Source of the DNA: an uncultured bacterium
GTDB taxonomy: Bacteria; Patescibacteriota; Minisyncoccia; UBA6257; 2-01-FULL-56-20
DNA: 64,000 bases
NCBI GenBank assembly: GCA_963718515.1
Contig: OY970354.1
Location: 174,363 to 238,362 of the forward strand
Direction: 5' to 3'
In this document: piece by piece, positions 56,946 through 64,000 of the stretch
Layout: each line of letters begins with the position of its first letter
Numbering within the stretch: the stretch's first letter is position 1
Program-made: the position numbers and the translations under genes
The notes under the pieces: model-generated
Seen by the model: the letters and a program-made list of their open reading frames with translations, nothing else
Databases searched by the model: none
What the model was told of the DNA's origin: nothing

Positions 56946-58061
56946 ATGAAGATACTCTCCTTCATGAATCCGGTCAGCTTTGGCGGCGGGGAGCGGCTGA
57001 TGCTCGATTTTGGTGATTATTTTACATCTCAGCATATCGATTTTTTGGTGGTCAATCTTAACCGATCGGCTCCGTTCGAGGAAAAACTTGCCGCGCACGG
57101 GCTCCGGTCCGTGAATATCGGGAATGTTCAGTTCAGACAGACGCCGCGAAAATCGGAATACGTGATGTTGTTTTTTAAGCTGATAGGACGAATTCCCGCG
57201 ATCCGAAGGACGATTGCGCGCGAGGCACCGGACCATGTTCTTGCAAACGGCTTTCCGACGATCGTTCTCGTCGCCACCGCACTCGCATTCTTTGGGAAGA
57301 AACCCAAAATGATATATGTGCATCACTTTATGAAGGCAAAAGAGAATCCGCTGGTCGCCGCCGTCTACGCATTTTTTCTCAACCGCTACGATACGATCGT
57401 TGCCGTATCGTCACGCACACGGGACACGCTCGTTGAACAGTTTCCCGGACTTCGATCGAAGATAACATTCGTTTCGAACGGCATAGAGTGCCGGAGGTTC
57501 GCGGTCGCGGAGGATAAGGCAACGCTCAGAAAAAAACTTGGCTTGCCGGATGGCATTATCGCCATGTGCGTCGGGCGCCTGACGGCGTTTAAAAATCAGA
57601 GACTCCTCATTGATATTGCAAAGTCCGTGGGACGAAAGGATTTTTATACGGTCATCGTGGGAGATGGCGATGAACATGAGAGTCTGTCGCGCGAGATCAA
57701 AGAGCGCGGCCTCGGCGATCGCGTCCGGCTTTTGGGAAGTATCGACTCGGAAACATTGCCGCTCTATCTGCACGCCGCCGATCTCTTTCCGTATCCATCG
57801 CTCAAAGAAGGATTCGGTATCGTCATCGCCGAAGCGATGGCCGCGGGACTGCCCACCGTTATTTTGGAAAACATTTATATCCCAGAGTTCGGCGATGCCG
57901 TGATGGTCGCAAAGGACGAGGCGGAGTTTGGCCGGATGACGAAACAGCTCGTGGACGACGATCGTTTGCGCCAATCGCTCGGCAAAAAAGCGCGCGCATA
58001 TGCCGCGGAACATCTGGATATATCAGTGACGGGAAAAAAGTTTTTAGAGACCATACGATAG
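56946..58061 (+). CDS. glycosyltransferase family 4 (GT1 superfamily)
   Basis: GGGERL at the N-terminus, then PSLKEGFGIVIAEAMAAGLPTV (EX7E region). Confidence 0.8.
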   Translation: MKILSFMNPVSFGGGERLMLDFGDYFTSQHIDFLVVNLNRSAPFEEKLAAHGLRSVNIGNVQFRQTPRKSEYVMLFFKLIGRIPAIRRTIAREAPDHVLANGFPTIVLVATALAFFGKKPKMIYVHHFMKAKENPLVAAVYAFFLNRYDTIVAVSSRTRDTLVEQFPGLRSKITFVSNGIECRRFAVAEDKATLRKKLGLPDGIIAMCVGRLTAFKNQRLLIDIAKSVGRKDFYTVIVGDGDEHESLSREIKERGLGDRVRLLGSIDSETLPLYLHAADLFPYPSLKEGFGIVIAEAMAAGLPTVILENIYIPEFGDAVMVAKDEAEFGRMTKQLVDDDRLRQSLGKKARAYAAEHLDISVTGKKFLETIR

Positions 58062-58065
58062 GCCG

Positions 58066-59292
58066 ATGAAAGACACGCTCAAATTTCTTGCCAAAAATAT
58101 CGTCCCGCTGGCCGGCGGTGTTCTGCTTTTCTTCTTTGGCACGCGGACCAAGCCGCCGGGCCGCGAGAAAAGAATCCTCATCATGTTCGGCGGTGGAATA
58201 GGGGACGTCGTAAAGCGCAGTCTTATCTGCGAATACGTAAAGGATTATCTGGCTGGATACGAAGTGACGTACCTTATGCCCTACGACCTTACACTCCCGC
58301 ACGCCACGAGCACAATCCATTTCCATTATAAAAAAGTGAAGGTGAGCCCGTGGGCATATTTTTCGCTTGCGAACCGTCTCCGGAAGATCGGATTCTCGCG
58401 CGTCGTCGTGCTTCTTCCCGCATGGGAAGGATTTTACGCCTCGCTCGGCGCCGCCGTGGCGCCCGACGTGCTCTATAGATACGCGGAGGTTGAGCCGAGG
58501 GAGACGGTGGGCGCCGTGTCGTCATTCATCAAACGTTTCCGCGCCCGTCGCCTGAATGTCCACGATGTCGACCTCATCTCGTTCTACGATCCGCGGTGGA
58601 AGGAAAAATATTATCCGAGCGATTCTTATCGGATGGCATATTTTTTCTCAGAGGTGGTCTGCGATATGGAGCCGGCACGCCGTCGCGATCGTGATGAAAA
58701 GGGATTGCTCCGCGCGCCAGATCTGCGTACAGAGATCGTCCTATCGGCATCAACCGCGCGGTTTGGGGATCTTGGCGCTTACGCGGCGGTGGGTTTGGGG
58801 AGTAGCTATGCGGGGAAAAATTGGCCGCCGGAAAAGTTTGGCGCGGTCGCCGCGTTTTTGGCGAGTAAGAATCTAAACATAGTCCTGGTTGGCGCCGAGG
58901 AAAGCATACCGCTTATCCCGGCGTTTAAAAAAACCTACACCGGTCCGTTTATTGACTTGGTCAATAATAGGACGAATCTCCAAGAGCTGTGCGCTGTTCT
59001 GAACGGCGCCGCAATCGTTGTTGGCAATGATACTTCGGTTATTCACATCGGTGTCGCCTGCCGCCGACCTACGGTATGCGTGTGCTACGGCAAGCAGATC
59101 GGCGCCGATTCGTGCTACGGATATGAAGGCATGAATGATTGGATATTCGGAGACGACTTTAAGGGTATTGATCCGCGCACGGTCATCGAGAAAATTGAAA
59201 AAGTATTTTCATTTACCCACAGCCCAGAAAAAATGCGCCATATAAAGTTTGCGCCGTCGTTCTTTGACAATGATTATCCGTCCCTGCTTTGA
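58066..59292 (+). CDS. glycosyltransferase family 9 (heptosyltransferase-like), paralog 1
   Basis: ILIMFGGGIGDVV, YAGKNWPPEKF and the NDTSVIHIGVA motifs. Confidence 0.7.
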   Translation: MKDTLKFLAKNIVPLAGGVLLFFFGTRTKPPGREKRILIMFGGGIGDVVKRSLICEYVKDYLAGYEVTYLMPYDLTLPHATSTIHFHYKKVKVSPWAYFSLANRLRKIGFSRVVVLLPAWEGFYASLGAAVAPDVLYRYAEVEPRETVGAVSSFIKRFRARRLNVHDVDLISFYDPRWKEKYYPSDSYRMAYFFSEVVCDMEPARRRDRDEKGLLRAPDLRTEIVLSASTARFGDLGAYAAVGLGSSYAGKNWPPEKFGAVAAFLASKNLNIVLVGAEESIPLIPAFKKTYTGPFIDLVNNRTNLQELCAVLNGAAIVVGNDTSVIHIGVACRRPTVCVCYGKQIGADSCYGYEGMNDWIFGDDFKGIDPRTVIEKIEKVFSFTHSPEKMRHIKFAPSFFDNDYPSLL

Positions 59293-59842
59293 AAAAGTTA
59301 TCCCCAACGCCATATTTGATGAAATTGCTAGAATGAAAGCAATCTAATAAGGCAACGATTTCTATTTGATCGCACAGCCCCATACCTGCTTATTTTTTCC
59401 GTCGCTGAGAACGTATCTTCCACGCAGAGTATTGTTTCTACGCCCCCAGACAATATTTCTCTGGTGCCTACTTTACCTGCAAAGTCACAATCAGTTTTTG
59501 CTTTTCCAATCGTTTCTTCTCCAACCATTAGTACGCCCACTCTCGATTTAATTACGCGAAGCGATACTTCAACTCCTACTCTATCCTCAACGTCAACATT
59601 ATTCCCTAACGGAAGAGGAGACTTTTCAGCGGGCATCGGAGACGTTAAGGGGGAGCTAAGGCATGGGTGTCATATTGCACTACGACTTCCAGTACATCAG
59701 CTCATATGCCGGTTCGACGCAGATGGAGATGGAGGCGAGTTCTAGTGATCGGGCTACGTGCGATGGGTAACTCCGCCGGAGATATGGGGAATTATATTCT
59801 TAGCACCATAGATAGTTATTGGAATGAGAGCAGTGCAGTCTT

Positions 59843-60214
59843 TTACCCCTTATACGACTTCACCTCCACGATGTCCGAACCCGATGCCAGATTAATTTGG
59901 CGCTTAAGCTCCGCGCGCCGGTCGTTTTCGCGATAGACGCTCCGCGCCAGGCGGATGAATTCCTCGCCGAAGTTTTGGTGCGATTCTTCCACGCGGATCG
60001 CATCCTCGATCTCCCAGAGCTGGAGATTCACCTTTTTCAACGAATCATAGAGCGCGGCGTCGATAGGGAACTGTTTGGCGGTCTTTTTGAGCAACGAAAG
60101 TTCTGTGCACACGTGGGCGAGCTTGGCCTCATCCGTGATCCGCTCGGATTTTATTTCAAGGATGGATAGCTTGTCGTACAGTTCGCCGAGGCCGGCGGGA
60201 ATGGAGATCTGCAT
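59843..60214 (-). CDS. DUF4254/DUF6165-like small protein
   Basis: LYDKLSILEIKSERI...NLQLWEIEDAIR...VYRENDRRAELKRQIN. I associate this pattern with a small protein family found next to GT9 genes. Assigned from memory. Confidence 0.45.
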   Translation of the reverse strand: MQISIPAGLGELYDKLSILEIKSERITDEAKLAHVCTELSLLKKTAKQFPIDAALYDSLKKVNLQLWEIEDAIRVEESHQNFGEEFIRLARSVYRENDRRAELKRQINLASGSDIVEVKSYKG

Positions 60215-60276
60215 GATGGTGGTGTTGTGCCACGGATGGCGGAATATGCTAAAATATACCATATTGCGAAGGTACT

Positions 60277-61023
60277 ATGGAAACAACGAATCAGGTGACG
60301 AAGCGCCGCTGGCGTGACACGCCCACTGGAGAGGCTATAAAGAACGCGCCTCCGGTGCGTGCGATTACCACCGCAGTGCGGATGACATTCTATTATTCCG
60401 CAAAATTATTTCGGCGGCCGTTCATGCCGCGATTCGAATCTGGTGGAAAGACGTACGAATATTTTTATTCGCCGCTTAACTTTACCTACCGCAACGAGCG
60501 GATCATAGAGGTTGCCATCGCGGGGGAGGCGTTCAAGCGATACCCTCCGGACCAGGTGCTTGAGATCGGCGATGTGCTCGCGCAGTACTATCATGTGCCG
60601 CACGATGTGGTGGATAAATATGATGTCCATCCGCCCATCATGAACGATGACGTGGAGACCTTCGATACGTCGAAGCGATATGCGCTCATCGTGAGCGTAT
60701 CCACGCTCGAGCATGCGGGCTGGGATGCGCCGGAGGTTCGCGACGCGGAGAAGATCCCGCGATCGATCGAAAATCTCAAGCGCCTTCTTTCGCCCGGTGG
60801 CGAACTGCTTGTGACCATGCCGCTCGGCGTCAATGCCTTCCTCGACGAATATTTCGAGAAGCATACACTGCCGCTCGATGGGTTATTTATGAAGCGTATC
60901 TCGTACACCAACCGATGGAAAGAAGTTTCATATGACGAAGCGCGCGGCGGGCACTATGACAGCCCGTTTCCCGCGGCGAACGTGGTCTTTGTTGGAAAGT
61001 ATATCAAGCCGGCCGGTCGATAG
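60277..61023 (+). CDS. methyltransferase-fold hypothetical protein
   Basis: VLEIGDVLAQY, IVSVSTLEH and LKRLLSPGGELLVTMP are class I MTase-like. Confidence 0.45.
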   Translation: METTNQVTKRRWRDTPTGEAIKNAPPVRAITTAVRMTFYYSAKLFRRPFMPRFESGGKTYEYFYSPLNFTYRNERIIEVAIAGEAFKRYPPDQVLEIGDVLAQYYHVPHDVVDKYDVHPPIMNDDVETFDTSKRYALIVSVSTLEHAGWDAPEVRDAEKIPRSIENLKRLLSPGGELLVTMPLGVNAFLDEYFEKHTLPLDGLFMKRISYTNRWKEVSYDEARGGHYDSPFPAANVVFVGKYIKPAGR

Positions 61024-61825
61024 CGTTTCTATTGAGCGCGTATATGAAGGGTTCGCGATAGGTGACGAAAAAGTTATGCTTTTTTAGGAACTCCACCAGT
61101 TCGCCGTGGCGATGCTCGTTCACATCATCATGCGTCTCCATGGATATCTTTTTTATTTTTGCAATGATGGCATCCGGCAGGCTGAAAAGTATTTCGTACT
61201 CCGCTCCTTCGCAATCCAGTTTAAGAAAGTCGATGTGGTCGATGTTCTTTGACCGGCAATATTCCTCCATCTTCATGGATGTTATGTGTACCGGCGTATC
61301 GTCGGGACTGCGCCGGAATAAGCTGTGGCATCCATTGTGTGCCGATGAAAGGAAAAGATCCCGTTCGCCGTCGACGCTCGCGAGCGCGAGCTCTTCTACG
61401 ACGACATTCTCGCAACGGTTCACGGCCACATTGTTGCGGGTCGCGGCGGCAAGCTGTGGGGCAGGTTCAAAAGAATAGACCATTCCTTTCGCGGCGGCTT
61501 GTGCGGCGAAAACGGAAAAATAGCCGTTGTTGGCGCCGATATCAAAGACCACATCGCTCTCTCCGATATCGAAGAACGGGGGAGTGTAGACGTGGTCGTG
61601 CCAGATCTCTGCCAGCATGCACAGGTCGCCTCCTTCCGCGCGTCCGTTCAAGGGGATAAAGCGCGTCCCGTTGCGCAGGATTATCGCCGACATATATCCG
61701 CCAAAAGTTTTGTGCCACGTGATCGAAAACCAATTCTCGCACCGGAAATAGATCGCATAAAAAACCCGAACATATCCCATGCCGGTCGCTACGATGCTTT
61801 GTTTGGGAACGATGAGTTTTAACAT
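61004..61825 (-). CDS. FkbM-family methyltransferase
   Basis: VVFDIGANNGYFS...FEPAP...IDFLKLDCEGAEYEIL. Confidence 0.75.
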   Translation of the reverse strand: MLKLIVPKQSIVATGMGYVRVFYAIYFRCENWFSITWHKTFGGYMSAIILRNGTRFIPLNGRAEGGDLCMLAEIWHDHVYTPPFFDIGESDVVFDIGANNGYFSVFAAQAAAKGMVYSFEPAPQLAAATRNNVAVNRCENVVVEELALASVDGERDLFLSSAHNGCHSLFRRSPDDTPVHITSMKMEEYCRSKNIDHIDFLKLDCEGAEYEILFSLPDAIIAKIKKISMETHDDVNEHRHGELVEFLKKHNFFVTYREPFIYALNRNAIDRPA

Positions 61826-63120
61826 GATGGGTAATCGCTCCCGAAGTGGAGCTGGAATTTCTCTTTTTGATACTCGGCGCCCGCGCGGGCATCGATCAAT
61901 GCTTCGCATGCGCTGATCACTGCCGGCGCGAAAACGAACGTGAGCAAGCCTTTATCTTTTTCGGTGGGGTTGACCCAAATATTCACGCGTTCATATCCGT
62001 ACAAGCTGTATGCGCCCATTCCCGCATTCGTCACAACGCAGACGCTCGGCGTTTTGAGCGCGATGGCGAGATGGATGAATGATGTGTCGTTGGCCACCAC
62101 CATGGCGCCGTGTTTGATGAGCACGAAAAGACGCGGCAGGTCGGCGTCGGCGCCGAGATCAAAAAAATCGGTTCCGTATGCGGCGGCGAACTCGGCTACC
62201 AGCCCCGCGTCTTTCGCCTGGTCGATGATCGCGATCTTTAATCCGCGCGCCCGGATGGCCTTCGCCACCGCGGCAAATCTTTCTACGGGCCAATTCTTAT
62301 AAGGATCACTGCTTCCAAGGCCGATCAGGCAACACTCTTCGGGCCGCACATGATGTTTGCCGGCCAACTGTTTTAAAAACTCCGCTTCTATTCTACCATC
62401 GATGACAATTTCGGTCCGCGGATCCTCCAGGGGGAGCAAGCCATTCTTATCCACGGCGATAGCATCTTTTCGAATGGTCTTTATCGCTTGGGAGATAACA
62501 TGGGCTTGTTTGCTGACGATGCTTGGGAACGTCCGGAGAGGCCAGCGCGGATCCTGATGGGCTTCGGCCCATCCTTCGCCCCATCCGGAGACGACCGGTA
62601 TGAACACCGCGCGCTTCCGCAATGAAAAATAGTGGAGCGCACGGTTTACGCGGCTCGTCATGCGATGGAAAGCATTCATTTCATTCTCTTTATAAAAGAA
62701 CACTCTTTTCGATCCAATATCGCCTGCGAGCGATGCCAGAAATCCTTCCCAGAAAGGAAATAAAAGGATGACCTCCGAAAATCCTATATCCCTTAATTGG
62801 TTGACCAATTGGAAATAATAGAGCGGGCTTTCTTTTGCCCTTCGGTAATTGAAACGTATATTTTCCGTGGCATATGGCAGTTCGAACGCGTATGGCATCA
62901 AATAACGGACATCATATCCATCCAAGTATTTTTTTATGTAACCGCACGCGACGCTCCCGATCACTACGTCTCCTACGCCACCGCCGAAGATGACGAGAAC
63001 TCTTTTCTCGTATTTTTTCTTGTTCACCGGCACGCCGGCGATTAGCAAAAAGAGGGCGCCCGCAAGAGCGGTCAGATGCTTGCCGAGAAATGCGGCATTC
63101 TTTTTTATCTGCGACATCAT
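61819..63120 (-). CDS. glycosyltransferase family 9 (heptosyltransferase-like), paralog 2
   Basis: It aligns along its length with the 58066 gene (VLVIFGGGVGDVV, YLMPYAFELPYAT, NDTSFIHLAIA). The start is chosen at MMSQIKK. Confidence 0.7.
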   Translation of the reverse strand: MMSQIKKNAAFLGKHLTALAGALFLLIAGVPVNKKKYEKRVLVIFGGGVGDVVIGSVACGYIKKYLDGYDVRYLMPYAFELPYATENIRFNYRRAKESPLYYFQLVNQLRDIGFSEVILLFPFWEGFLASLAGDIGSKRVFFYKENEMNAFHRMTSRVNRALHYFSLRKRAVFIPVVSGWGEGWAEAHQDPRWPLRTFPSIVSKQAHVISQAIKTIRKDAIAVDKNGLLPLEDPRTEIVIDGRIEAEFLKQLAGKHHVRPEECCLIGLGSSDPYKNWPVERFAAVAKAIRARGLKIAIIDQAKDAGLVAEFAAAYGTDFFDLGADADLPRLFVLIKHGAMVVANDTSFIHLAIALKTPSVCVVTNAGMGAYSLYGYERVNIWVNPTEKDKGLLTFVFAPAVISACEALIDARAGAEYQKEKFQLHFGSDYPSC

Positions 63121-63217
63121 CGTTTTGCTAATAGTATACCAATTCGCTCCAAAATGCCGCCCTTCACAGAAAATGCCAACTGGTATAGTATGACTTTCAT
63201 AAGAGAACAATCCATCT

Positions 63218-64000
63218 ATGAAAGCCGCTGTTTTGGAAGAAATCAATGGCCCGCTTACGGTCGCGGATGTGGAACTTGGCGATGTGTCCTTCGGTCAGGT
63301 GCTCGTAAAAATACTGGTGAGCGGTATTTGTGGTTCCCAACTACAAGAAATTGCGGGCAATAAGGGCAATGCAAAATTTGTTCCGCATCTTCTTGGTCAC
63401 GAGGGATGTGGCATCGTGGAAGCGGTTGGCATCGGCGTCACGCGCGTTAAAAAAGGAGACAAGGTGGTGATGCACTGGCGCAAGGGCGACGGGATCGAGT
63501 CCGACTTCCCCCAATATAAGTTTAAGGGGAAGACCATGCCGAGCGGGAAGATCACGACGTTCAGCCAATATTCCATCGTTTCGGAGAATCGGCTGACGCC
63601 TGTGCCGTATGACACCCCGAACGAGCTCTGCGCGCTTTTGGGATGCAGCCTTTCCACTGCTCTCGGCACCGTCAACGTCGAAGCGGATCTTAAGCTCGGC
63701 GAGAGCATGATGATCATCGGCGCCGGCGGTCTTGGCATCAACTTGATAAAAGCCGGCCGGCTCGTGAGTGCCCACCCCATCATTTCCGTTGACATCTACG
63801 AGAGCAAGCGCGCGGTGGCCGAAGAGCTCGGCGCAAGCCTTTTTATTGATTCCAGCAAAGAGAACATTGCGGAGGCGATCGAAAAGAAATTCGGCATGAA
63901 GGATGTCGACGTCATCATTGACACCTCCGGCCATCCGGGCGTCCTTAAGGACACCATCCCGCTTTTGAGCGGAACAGGAAGATACATTATGATCGGCCAA
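63218..64000 (+). CDS. zinc-dependent alcohol dehydrogenase (MDR family), 3' end outside window
   Basis: MKAAVLEE...ICGSQLQE...GHEGCGIVEAVG...GAGGLGIN. It is open to the window edge, so it is absent from the ORF track. Confidence 0.8.
   Translation, partial: MKAAVLEEINGPLTVADVELGDVSFGQVLVKILVSGICGSQLQEIAGNKGNAKFVPHLLGHEGCGIVEAVGIGVTRVKKGDKVVMHWRKGDGIESDFPQYKFKGKTMPSGKITTFSQYSIVSENRLTPVPYDTPNELCALLGCSLSTALGTVNVEADLKLGESMMIIGAGGLGINLIKAGRLVSAHPIISVDIYESKRAVAEELGASLFIDSSKENIAEAIEKKFGMKDVDVIIDTSGHPGVLKDTIPLLSGTGRYIMIGQ

Noticed and set aside
63341-64000. 219-aa minus-strand ORF at the window end
   Set aside because: It is antisense to a clear zinc-dependent alcohol dehydrogenase on the plus strand (63218 onward). 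That gene is missing from the ORF track only because it runs off the window.
1-64000. CRISPR arrays, rRNA genes, intact transposases or integrases, recognisable defence-system genes
   Set aside because: Reading through the window, I saw no regularly spaced direct repeats, no rRNA-like sequence, and no ORF with transposase, integrase or known defence-domain motifs. Only the recombinase remnants at 18.2-19.3 kb were found.

Overview
This 64-kb window is a chromosomal segment of a small-genome bacterium. Gene content suggests Candidate Phyla Radiation/Patescibacteria, which is an inference, not a database result. Supporting features are short genes, a TM-anchored ClpB-like ATPase, PolX, a SemiSWEET, many orphan small membrane proteins and a short 311-nt tmRNA. 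Housekeeping genes include ruvA, a Mur ligase, UDG, clpB-like, polX, infC-rpmI-rplT, smpB, argS, ileS, trpS, RNase J, RNase Y, secG and gpmI. RNA genes are tRNA-Arg(CCG), tRNA-Leu(CAG) and tmRNA. An AT-richer accessory patch lies right after tmRNA and carries serine-recombinase remnants. From about 47.8 kb to the window end there is a cell-surface glycan cluster with an O-antigen-ligase-like protein, sugar epimerase/oxidoreductase/C-methyltransferase, four glycosyltransferases (two of them GT9 paralogs) and several methyltransferases. The most unusual signal is a family of three hairpin elements at 39.05, 42.73 and 44.77 kb. Each has a conserved core of about 72 nt clamped by perfect inverted repeats that are specific to each copy. 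They sit among four tRNA-3'-end-like scars and other structured intergenic DNA. Second, ileS carries a complete histidine-phosphatase (RHG) domain inserted between its two zinc-knuckle motifs. Third, about 27 reading-frame breaks, nearly all behaving as single-base insertions, cluster in a few essential genes (ileS, argS, rnj, rny, murE-like, beta-CASP RNase). Long neighbouring genes are intact, so this looks like localized consensus error rather than biology. No CRISPR array, rRNA or intact transposase/integrase was seen.
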